The position numbers and the translations under genes were made by a program. Below are positions 31,823-39,435 of a stretch of 39,513 nucleotides of DNA, in pieces. The notes beneath the pieces are model-generated. The model made no database searches. It had not been told where the DNA came from and worked only from the letters and a program-made list of their open reading frames with translations. The DNA lies in assembly GCA_040756235.1 (NCBI GenBank), contig JBFLZG010000019.1, positions 1-39,513 on the forward strand. The letters run 5' to 3'. Source of the DNA: a bacterium (GTDB lineage Bacteria > Desulfobacterota > DSWW01). Every line of letters starts with the position of its first letter. Within the stretch, counting starts at the first letter, position 1.

Positions 31823-31887
31823 GCGAATCCCTCCTCCATCCAGAGGCTGTAAATGGACGGCCGTCTGCGGCGCGCGTCGCAAGATGC

Positions 31888-32001
31888 CAGGTGTCAGGTA
31901 TCGGGCCATGCATCACCCCACCCCGGGGGATCCTTCATCTCCCTTGTCTTGAGTGGACCTGGGTTGAGCGCTGAAACCTGAACCCTGATACCTGAAACCT
32001 C
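31888..32001. repeat. heptamer CTGA(A/C/T)AC repeats in inverted arrangement
   Basis: CTGAAAC CTGAAAC C CTGATAC CTGAAAC at 31971-31999; reverse-complement arm CAGGTGTCAGGTATC at 31888-31902. Confidence 0.6.
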
Positions 32002-33325
32002 TTCTTCGCAGCAGGCGCCCTGCCAGTACGAGCCCCAGCCAACCCATTCTGCAGAGCCCCAGCAGGACCGCAGAGGTGACCAGGGCCCGCAGCCCGATCG
32101 CGGCCGAGTCGGCCCACTCTCCGCGCTCGACGGCAGCTCCCATCTCGCCCGGAGCCCGGGCGACGGAGCCGAGCATCGGACAGAGCCGGGAGGACAGGAG
32201 GCGCACCAGGCAGGCGAACCCGATTACAAAGAACAGGTGCGACAGCAGCCCGTACAGCACCAGGCCGCCCCGCGTCCAGCCGGGCAACTGCATCCTCAGG
32301 GAGAACGAATCCGCGCACCCGGCACGGCCCGGCAGGAGCTGCCTGAGAGCTTCGCGGGACCGGGCCCTCAGATTCGGTACGCCGAGCAGATCCGAGCAGA
32401 GCCAGTATCCGTCGAACTTGAGGAAGGGGTTGAGGGCGAGCAGCGCGGCGGAAACCAGAGCCAGGCAGAAGAGCACCCAGAACATGCTTCCGGTGAGCCA
32501 GTATGCGGCCGCGGCCGGGACCGCCAGCAGCATCTGGAAGTACACGCCGCCCAGGTCCACCGCCACCCGGGCTCCTCTGGAAAGGGTCCACGCCTGCGTC
32601 ACGTTCGCATAGAATACCGGGAACAACAGGTAGAGCCCGAAGCGCAGCTCGCCGTGGCGACATCCGTGGAAGCTGCAGGCGCTGAGATGGCCGAGCTCGT
32701 GGATGAAGACGCTCACCAGGAGCAGCCCGTAGAGGGCGGCCGAGTCCACCGGAGAGAGCCGCAACGGGTACCCGCTCTCTGCCGCTCGAACGAGCGCAGC
32801 CGCGACCGCGGCCAGAGACAGGAGGATCAAGGCGGTCGAAGCCAACAGAGCGGACCGGCAGAAGAGCACCCGAAGACGCCGGGTCAGGGGCTCGAGGACG
32901 CGAGCCGGGCAGAGCTGCACCCCGCGCGCCTGCGCCCGCGCGCTCCGGGCTGGCCGGGAGTGCGGCTCCTCCGCATCGCCTCTGCCGGCGAGCCCCTGGG
33001 GGTAGAAGAGCGTCTCCAGTGCCCGTACGACGTCGGGCGTGCGGACCGGACGCGCGCTCGACGAGGAAAGACGCGCGGCGATCTCGTCGGCAGAGCGGGA
33101 ACCGTCCATGAGCAGGAGCATCTCTTTCACGGTCCCCGAGATCTCCAGCACGCGCCCGGACGGCAGACAGGCGAGATAGGTCCTGGGCCGCGCGCTCGAC
33201 GAGAACGGTACGATCTCGATCCCCCGCAGCCTCACCGGGTGCGCTGGCGAGCCCGGCGCCACCCCTGCCGCCGCGCGCGCGGGAGTGGCACAAGCCGCGA
33301 GTTGCCTCCGTTCCCGCCTACTCAT
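31913..33325 (-). CDS. M50-family membrane metallopeptidase with N-terminal PqqD/RRE-like domain
   Basis: HELGH inside a TM segment, NPFLKFDGYW; N-terminal TYLACLPSGRVLEISG...LLLMDGSRSADEIAARL; start overlaps the last precursor stop. Confidence 0.88.
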   Translation of the reverse strand: MSRRERRQLAACATPARAAAGVAPGSPAHPVRLRGIEIVPFSSSARPRTYLACLPSGRVLEISGTVKEMLLLMDGSRSADEIAARLSSSSARPVRTPDVVRALETLFYPQGLAGRGDAEEPHSRPARSARAQARGVQLCPARVLEPLTRRLRVLFCRSALLASTALILLSLAAVAAALVRAAESGYPLRLSPVDSAALYGLLLVSVFIHELGHLSACSFHGCRHGELRFGLYLLFPVFYANVTQAWTLSRGARVAVDLGGVYFQMLLAVPAAAAYWLTGSMFWVLFCLALVSAALLALNPFLKFDGYWLCSDLLGVPNLRARSREALRQLLPGRAGCADSFSLRMQLPGWTRGGLVLYGLLSHLFFVIGFACLVRLLSSRLCPMLGSVARAPGEMGAAVERGEWADSAAIGLRALVTSAVLLGLCRMGWLGLVLAGRLLRRRGFRYQGSGFSAQPRSTQDKGDEGSPGVG

Positions 33326-33533
33326 GGCAATACGGCCAGCAGCCGTTGAAGGGCGCGCACTGGACCACACATTCCGAGGGGCAACCGTACCCGGCGGCGA
33401 ACTGCCAACAGTACTGGGCGAAGCACGCGTCGATCGAAACGCACGTGGCAGCCTCGAGCCGGCTTTCCAGCTCCTCCATCGAGCCCAGGGCCGCAGCGGC
33501 GCCGGTCAAAGAGATCACGTCGTCTGTTCTCAT
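33318..33533 (-). CDS. putative RiPP precursor 6 (71 aa; core 8 Cys, 2 Trp)
   Basis: AGGAG RBS; MEELESRLE then AATCVSIDACFAQYCWQFAAGYGCPSECVVQCAPFNGCWPYCHE. Confidence 0.85.
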   Translation of the reverse strand: MRTDDVISLTGAAAALGSMEELESRLEAATCVSIDACFAQYCWQFAAGYGCPSECVVQCAPFNGCWPYCHE

Positions 33534-33648
33534 CCTCTTCTCCTGATCACCCCCGCGCGCCGCGCCGCAAGCTTTCCGCGAAGCGCCGCAGCGTTCCAGC
33601 GCCTGGCCCGCGCCCGGCCCGCCCGTCCGGCTTCCCGTCCGCGCGGAT

Positions 33649-33828
33649 TCAACTCAGGTAGATGACGAAACATTCACACCCCCAGACAGAGGGCTGGGAA
33701 AGCCCCCTGGCCGCTGAGCTCGACAGAGACAACGCCTCCAGGCGCTGCTCCAGCTCGTCCAGGTCTTCCAGGTCCCCCGGGCCCATGCCGGGCCCCTGCC
33801 CTTCTCCACAGGATCGGATTTCGTCCAA
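33649..33828 (-). CDS. putative RiPP precursor 5 (59 aa; Ser-rich core with WGCEC)
   Basis: GAGGAG 6 nt before TTG 33828; LDELEQRLE then ALSLSSSAARGLSQPSVWGCECFVIYLS. Confidence 0.78.
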   Translation of the reverse strand: MDEIRSCGEGQGPGMGPGDLEDLDELEQRLEALSLSSSAARGLSQPSVWGCECFVIYLS

Positions 33829-33874
33829 CGGATTCTCCTCGGGCCCGTTCAGGCGACGCCGCGGTTTCGTCCCT

Positions 33875-34066
33875 TCAACCTCCCGGAGGGCAGACATCCG
33901 GGCAGGTGTACCAGATACAGAGAGGGCAACCGAACGGGCCGAGACCCTGGGTCTGCAGCAGCTCCGCTTCCAATCGCTCCTCGAGCTCCTGGAGCCCGAT
34001 CGATATCCCTTCCGCTGCGGTCCGGTCACGGCTGCCGGCCTCCGGCTGAACGGATCGTGCCTCCAT
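33875..34066 (-). CDS. putative RiPP precursor 4 (63 aa; core 4 Cys, 1 Trp)
   Basis: GGAAGAG RBS; LQELEERLE then AELLQTQGLGPFGCPLCIWYTCPDVCPPGG. Confidence 0.82.
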   Translation of the reverse strand: MEARSVQPEAGSRDRTAAEGISIGLQELEERLEAELLQTQGLGPFGCPLCIWYTCPDVCPPGG

Positions 34067-34104
34067 CGTCAGCTCTTCCCGGCGCATTCTTGCGGCCTCC
34101 ATGA

Positions 34105-34344
34105 TCAGGTGTGGTCGGCACCGCACAGGTCGTAACAGTGCTCCTGCATGCACTCGCACATCTCTCCTTTGCAGGTGCAGTGAGTCGCGCACAGCTCCCC
34201 CCCTCCGCAGTCTCCCTGGCAATCGTAGGCCACGCACCAATCCGAAAAGAACGGCAGGGCTTGCATTTCCAGACGTCGCTCGAGCTCTTCCATCGATTCG
34301 AGCCAGGGCACACCGTCGCGCAGGGATTCCATCTCGCTGGACAT
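34105..34344 (-). CDS. putative RiPP precursor 3 (79 aa; core 10 Cys, 1 Trp)
   Basis: AAGGAG RBS; MEELERRLE then MQALPFFSDWCVAYDCQGDCGGGELCATHCTCKGEMCECMQEHCYDLCGADHT. Confidence 0.85.
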   Translation of the reverse strand: MSSEMESLRDGVPWLESMEELERRLEMQALPFFSDWCVAYDCQGDCGGGELCATHCTCKGEMCECMQEHCYDLCGADHT

Positions 34345-34385
34345 CCGCCCATCTCCTTTCCGGTCAGGGGCCGGCCTGCGTGCGG

Positions 34386-34748
34386 TCACCAGTCTCCTGC
34401 GCAGAACCCGCAATCGCCGAGGCACTCCTTGTAGCAGAGCATCAGGCAGTCGGTGCCGCACTTGTCGAAGCAGTCTTCGAGGTTGCACAGGCAGTCCTGC
34501 AGGCAGCCCGTATACTCGGTACAGAACACATCACAGACCTGATCGCAGGCATCGCTGTAACAGCCTCCGTCGGCACCTTCCAGCGCAGAGCCCAGCGGCA
34601 ATCTCTGCATCTCCAGGCGCCGCTCCAGCTCGTCCAGCTCGAGCCGCACAGCCTCGTTCCGGTTGACCGGGGCGATCTCCGGATCCCCTCTCCCGGACTC
34701 TCTTTCCCCGACTTCTCCCGTCAATCGATCGAGCACACGATCAGACAT
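34386..34748 (-). CDS. putative RiPP precursor 2 (120 aa; core 14 Cys, C-terminal Trp)
   Basis: GAGGGG RBS; LDELERRLE-MQRLP then an acidic core with Cx3C periodicity ending GFCAGDW. Confidence 0.85.
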   Translation of the reverse strand: MSDRVLDRLTGEVGERESGRGDPEIAPVNRNEAVRLELDELERRLEMQRLPLGSALEGADGGCYSDACDQVCDVFCTEYTGCLQDCLCNLEDCFDKCGTDCLMLCYKECLGDCGFCAGDW

Positions 34749-34924
34749 TTGGACCCCTCGCACTTGGGATGACAAAGGTACCAAAGACAAGTCTCATCCG
34801 GACTCCCCAGGGGGAAAGCGCTCACCTGGCGCTCCAGACGAGCCTCCAGCTCTTCGAGCTCCGGGATCAACTCCTGCGGCACGCCCGCGTTCAAGGGCGT
34901 CAGCAAGCGGCGTTTCGGTTCCAT
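34721..34924 (-). CDS. putative RiPP precursor 1 (67 aa; core 5 Cys, 1 Trp)
   Basis: GAGGGGG RBS right after the enzyme stop; LEELEARLE then RQVSAFPLGSPDETCLWYLCHPKCEGSKCLIVCSID. Confidence 0.82.
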   Translation of the reverse strand: MEPKRRLLTPLNAGVPQELIPELEELEARLERQVSAFPLGSPDETCLWYLCHPKCEGSKCLIVCSID

Positions 34925-34932
34925 GCTCCCCC

Positions 34933-37677
34933 TCAGAGGCACAGAGAGATCTTCCGGCGGCCCTGTCCCCACAGCTTTTGGAACTGCCCCTGGATCGCGG
35001 CAGGTTCCCACTCGATCATTTGGTCGAGCGACTCCGTCGACAGGCCCGCCCTGCACTCCGTGTCGAACAGCCGCAAGGCCAGGTACAGGCGCGCATTCGC
35101 AGGCGCAAAGGCCTCCCCAGCGGCCGCGGCGTGCGGCCGGCTGCCGTCCGGAGCAGGTCCGGCCCGACCGGCTTGAATCGCCTGCCTGGCGATCTCGCAC
35201 AGATACCACTCGTTCTCGTGGCACCACTGCCAATCCAACCGGCTCAGGCCGCACTGCTCCCATGGAGTCTGGCCGGGCCAGAGCCTTCTGCAGACCATGA
35301 GCCCTACGCCTTCCACGAACAGCCGCTCCGGTCCGCCGCGCACCGGACCGCGCACCTGGGCCCGCACCGCTTCGGTCCACGCCAGTGCAAGCTCGACAGC
35401 CGTCGGTCGGCCTGCGACCGTGCAGTCCGGGGCATGGGGCCCGGCGAGGTTCACTCCGATGTCCGTCGCGCGGCCGTCGGCCAGCACGAAATGGCCGGGC
35501 AGCCCCGCCCACCGACCCAGATACACGCGCATGGAGCCCCGCGCTCGAAGGACGCGCCTGCACCGATTCAGAAGCCGGCCCGCATCCTCGAACCTCTCCG
35601 GCGCGACTCCCTCGTGAGCGTAGATTTCAATCCGACCCTGCCCTTCCCCGAGCGCCGAAGCGCGCCCGCTCGACTCCCGGTCACGTTCACGGTGTTGCCG
35701 CAGGCAATGAGCGAGGGCCTCCAGACACCATGCGGTGGTCAGCTCTCTCGATCCGTAACACCGCCCCTCCTTGCCATAGATCGCGTTGGCAGGCCAGGAG
35801 CCGTCCGGGTCCTGACCGAGGACGAGCTTCCGGGCCGCCGGCTCCCATTCGGTAGCCGCGCACCCGGCCCCGAGCAGCGCGGCCAGGGCGAGTGCGGTGT
35901 CCGTATAGTTCCCCCAGGAACCGCTCTTGAGGCAGCCGCCGAGAACTCGGGACACCAGCGCCCGCACGGCCGTCTGCGCGAGCTCGTCCGGCCGTGCGGC
36001 GAAGGCCTTGCACAGCAGGTACGGCACGAGCAAGGGTCGCAGCAGACCGCGGCTTCCGGCCGCCTCCACGAGCGTGCAGGCTCCGGCCGGGTCACGATCC
36101 TGCCGTGCTTCGCGAAGCGCCAGCTCCTCGAGCATCGGCGCTCTCGCTTGCCGGTGCGCCGCCTGGAAAACGAGCTCGGCCCAGAAGCCCTTCCCCTGAG
36201 CGGACAGCGCGTCCGCATCGCAGCGGCCGCCGCCGTCGCAGATGCCGGAATCGATGCGCTCGAGCTCCTCCCGCGAGCGCGCCCGGAACGCCTGCTCGAG
36301 CTCCGCCGGCGCGGAAGGCGCATACGCCTCCCGCGCGGTTCCCGGCCGCTCGCGGAGCGCGGCCAGAAGGTGCCGAATCTCCGGCTCCTCGGCTCCCGTG
36401 CCCGCGAGCGCCCTCAGGACCAGCGCGGTCACGGCACCCGAGGGTCCGAGCACGCGAGCCGGGTGCATGTAGCTGTGCGGCGACAGAGCCAGGCTGAAGG
36501 ATCCATCCGGCCGGCGCTTGGCCAGGAGGTAACGAGCCCCCCTCGAGAGACAGGAGGCAAGCAGCGGCCCGCAACCGGGTTCCTCTCCGTGCGCGGGCGG
36601 CGACCAGGCCGGCAACGCCGCCCGGCTGCTTCTGTGCAGATCCCTGCTGCGGATCTGTGCGACGTCCGTGCGCATGGACCGAGCGCTCCGCAGGAACCCT
36701 TCGACCATGTCCCTCCAAAGCGGCACCGGCACGTCGCGCGCCGCGTCCAGGGACTCCCGAAAGAGCTCTTCTGAAAGACGGAGCTGGGACTGCGCCAAAC
36801 CCGTCTCATAGAGCCAGCGGCCGACGACCTCGGGGTCGGGACGCTCGCCGCGCTCGACGGCCCGCACCCGTCCGGCATTTTCCAGGACCGCGGTGAGCAG
36901 ATACGTATAGTTCTGCCTCGCGTAATCCTCTCTCCAGTCTTTGAGGTCGTCGATCGCCTGAAAGCCGATGAGGAAGGCATCCTGCGAGGCCAGCAGGGCA
37001 TCCCTGTGCCGGCCGTCCCCGGACACACGGCACAGCGCCAGGATCGTGGCCTTCACGAGACCGGCCTTGTCGGCCGACAGGCGTCTGAAATCCTGCGCGG
37101 GGAATGGTTCGACCCTCTGCCTGTGAAAGACCAGCTCGCGGAGCACGGCCCGGACATAGGCAACGTAGAGCTCGTCGCATTCTTCCCAGAAGGCGTCTTG
37201 CGGCGGCAGATAGGGGAGGAGGATCTCCAGCGCCCTCTGGCAGTACCCCTGCATGAGGTAGAGATCCAGCGGATCCAGGCGCTGATCGCGGTCGATGCGA
37301 TTGTCCAGGGTCAGGAGAGCTTCGAGCAGGATCCGGTTGGCTGCCGCCAAGGCACGCAGGAACTCCGGCGGTACTTCCGGGAAGGCGGTGGCGAAAAGGA
37401 ACGGGTAGTAGAAGAAGGGCGAGAAGCCCAGTACCGTCACTCGCTGAGCGCCGGCCGGTCCCGAGGGGTCCGGGCAGCCCTCGGGTGGCGCAGGCTCCTG
37501 GGCCGGCGGCCAGAGATCTCCGGCCGGGCTCAAACCCGTCAGAAGATCGGTGCGCAGCCTGGCCAGCTCCACGGCAACCCGCCTCGACTCCAAATGCAGG
37601 GCTTGCACGATCTCGGACCTCAGATCCTCAGGGCAACGTCGGCCGCGCTCGGCGCCGAGAGCATTCCAGGAAAGCAT
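34933..37677 (-). CDS. 914-aa multidomain enzyme: class I isoprenoid-synthase-fold domain + prenyltransferase/squalene-cyclase-type repeats + degenerate DUF2268-like domain
   Basis: LTLDNRIDRD and FQAIDDLKDWRED Asp-rich motifs; AKRRPDGSF, WGNYTDTALALAAL, GQDPDGSW, GSRELTTAWCLEAL; GAGG RBS, ATG 37677 just after the upstream stop. Confidence 0.8.
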   Translation of the reverse strand: MLSWNALGAERGRRCPEDLRSEIVQALHLESRRVAVELARLRTDLLTGLSPAGDLWPPAQEPAPPEGCPDPSGPAGAQRVTVLGFSPFFYYPFLFATAFPEVPPEFLRALAAANRILLEALLTLDNRIDRDQRLDPLDLYLMQGYCQRALEILLPYLPPQDAFWEECDELYVAYVRAVLRELVFHRQRVEPFPAQDFRRLSADKAGLVKATILALCRVSGDGRHRDALLASQDAFLIGFQAIDDLKDWREDYARQNYTYLLTAVLENAGRVRAVERGERPDPEVVGRWLYETGLAQSQLRLSEELFRESLDAARDVPVPLWRDMVEGFLRSARSMRTDVAQIRSRDLHRSSRAALPAWSPPAHGEEPGCGPLLASCLSRGARYLLAKRRPDGSFSLALSPHSYMHPARVLGPSGAVTALVLRALAGTGAEEPEIRHLLAALRERPGTAREAYAPSAPAELEQAFRARSREELERIDSGICDGGGRCDADALSAQGKGFWAELVFQAAHRQARAPMLEELALREARQDRDPAGACTLVEAAGSRGLLRPLLVPYLLCKAFAARPDELAQTAVRALVSRVLGGCLKSGSWGNYTDTALALAALLGAGCAATEWEPAARKLVLGQDPDGSWPANAIYGKEGRCYGSRELTTAWCLEALAHCLRQHRERDRESSGRASALGEGQGRIEIYAHEGVAPERFEDAGRLLNRCRRVLRARGSMRVYLGRWAGLPGHFVLADGRATDIGVNLAGPHAPDCTVAGRPTAVELALAWTEAVRAQVRGPVRGGPERLFVEGVGLMVCRRLWPGQTPWEQCGLSRLDWQWCHENEWYLCEIARQAIQAGRAGPAPDGSRPHAAAAGEAFAPANARLYLALRLFDTECRAGLSTESLDQMIEWEPAAIQGQFQKLWGQGRRKISLCL

Positions 37678-37685
37678 CGCAACCC

Positions 37686-39389
37686 TCAACAGGGGGGCAG
37701 CCGCAGGCTTTTCGCGATCTCGGCTCGACTCCACCCGGCGATGAAATCCGCGGGGCTCCGCTTCAGAGCCTTCCCTGCGATCTCTTCGACGGCCCGCAGG
37801 CCCAGGTAGAGACCGGCATTCCGGGGCACCGGCCCGGGCCCGGCCGCCAGCGGCTCGGCGGCGGGGAGGTCGCCCGCGCCGGAGACGGGACCGGCGCACC
37901 CGCACCCGTTCCGGGCGGCGCACGCCCACAGCAGCCATTCGTTCTTCTGGCACCACTGCCAGTCCAGGAGGCTCATGCCGGCCACATCCCAGAGGTCTTG
38001 TGCAGGAACGCTCTGCAGACGCAGGCGAACCGCGATGCCGGCCACGAGCAGCTTCTCCGGCTCGGACAGATGGCTTTCTCCCTGCAGCAGGCAGCGCACC
38101 GTCGCGACGTAAGCCAGGGTCACCTCGGTCTCCAGAGGCCGGCCGGATACCGTGCTCAGGAACCCGTCGGCCGGATCGAGCTGAATGCCTACCAGCCGGC
38201 AACGGTCCTGGCTCAGCCAGAAATGAGCGCCCATCCCGGGCCAGGAACCGAGACAGAAGAGCAAGCCTCCGGGATGCGGAAGCGCTGCGCACGCCTCTCG
38301 GAGCACGACGCGGCAGACCTCCGCCCGGCTCTCGGGGACGCCGGTCTGCACGACCACCTCGGGCACGGCGCTCTCCTCGGGCGCGTGCGCGGCCCGATCC
38401 TCGTCCGCCCGCTCCGCCCGGCGGCGGCTGCCGGCCCGCCCGCGCGCGTACCCTTCCACCTCCCGGGCCATGGCCGTGCACCGGACCCGGTAATCGCGGT
38501 TGAAGGCGAGCCACAGCGGCAGCTCCATTCGGGCCACCGATTCCATGGCGTTCCGAAAGCAGGCCCCGGCAGCGGCGAGCTGCTCGCCGGCGATCCCTGA
38601 CCCATAGAGGAGATCGCCGATCGCGGCGAGGGACGGCCTGGCGCCCTTCGCGAACTCGTCCGCCAGGCCGTGCTCCAGGATCACCCGGGTCAGGGGATAG
38701 CTGAAGCGCAAGGCGGCCGCGTCTTCCTTCCAGTCCTCGAGATCGTCCAGCAGGAGAAGCCCCACGTGATGACAATCCAGGGAAAGAGACAGCGCACTTT
38801 CGAGGTCTGCCCGGCCTCCGAGCCTCGCCAGTGCCAGGGGGAACACCTTGAACAGGGCCGTCTTCCCCTTGGCGATCTGCTCGAACTCCTCGCCCGAATA
38901 TGCAAGAAGCCGGTGCCCGTGTCGCAGGCGCTCCAGGAGAACGGCTCGCCATGCGTGGAACGAGGCCTCCCGCAAGGCCGACCAGAAAGGGTGCACGGAC
39001 CCGAAGAGACGATGGAGCCCTCGGAGGCTCTCGAGCTGTTTGAGCTGGGAAACGAACAGCTCCAGGGGATCGACCCTCTGTCCCTGATCGAGGACCGCGT
39101 CGACGGCCAGGAGATGCTCCGCATACAGCCGCCCCAGCCGGCAGAGCTCCCGAAGGTCGCGCCACGCGACGCTCGGGAAGAGGGTCCGGAACAGCATGGG
39201 ATAGTAAGCGTGCAGAGGGGACCGCGGGGCTCTCGTCTCCGGCTGTCGCGGCCCGAGCGGCGGCGCGGCCCGGTCGTGGGGCCAGGCTCCGTCCAGCATG
39301 GCCGACCTGAAGCGCGCCTCCCATTGCCGGATCCCCCGGTGGATCGCAGCACCCTCTTCCAGGACCTCCCTGCGAATCGCGCTCTCCAT
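37686..39389 (-). CDS. 567-aa class I isoprenoid-synthase-fold (ComQ-like) protein + degenerate DUF2268-like domain
   Basis: LLAVDAVLD, AKGKTALF, LLLLDDLEDWKED motifs; C-terminal domain paralogous to the neighbour (LDWQWC..NEW); GGGAG RBS before ATG 39389. Confidence 0.8.
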   Translation of the reverse strand: MESAIRREVLEEGAAIHRGIRQWEARFRSAMLDGAWPHDRAAPPLGPRQPETRAPRSPLHAYYPMLFRTLFPSVAWRDLRELCRLGRLYAEHLLAVDAVLDQGQRVDPLELFVSQLKQLESLRGLHRLFGSVHPFWSALREASFHAWRAVLLERLRHGHRLLAYSGEEFEQIAKGKTALFKVFPLALARLGGRADLESALSLSLDCHHVGLLLLDDLEDWKEDAAALRFSYPLTRVILEHGLADEFAKGARPSLAAIGDLLYGSGIAGEQLAAAGACFRNAMESVARMELPLWLAFNRDYRVRCTAMAREVEGYARGRAGSRRRAERADEDRAAHAPEESAVPEVVVQTGVPESRAEVCRVVLREACAALPHPGGLLFCLGSWPGMGAHFWLSQDRCRLVGIQLDPADGFLSTVSGRPLETEVTLAYVATVRCLLQGESHLSEPEKLLVAGIAVRLRLQSVPAQDLWDVAGMSLLDWQWCQKNEWLLWACAARNGCGCAGPVSGAGDLPAAEPLAAGPGPVPRNAGLYLGLRAVEEIAGKALKRSPADFIAGWSRAEIAKSLRLPPC

Positions 39390-39435
39390 GAGGTCTTGCT
39401 CCCGTTCCGGAAAGCCGGCACCCAGCTGGCTAGGA

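Noticed and set aside
33540..33648. Seventh precursor in the GC-rich gap
   Set aside because: No RBS, leader motif or Cys/Trp core found on the minus strand.
33318..34924. CRISPR array, or classification as lanthipeptide, sactipeptide or thiopeptide
   Set aside because: The recurring DNA is the codon-varied leader motif, not identical repeats. No cas, Lan, YcaO or radical SAM genes are in the window.
37678..39324. 1463-aa ORF (34933..39324) as one giant protein or programmed-frameshift fusion
   Set aside because: The first 549 codons are Arg/Gly/Pro-rich off-frame text overlapping the real 37686..39389 gene. A good RBS and ATG exist at 37677, and I saw no slippery site.
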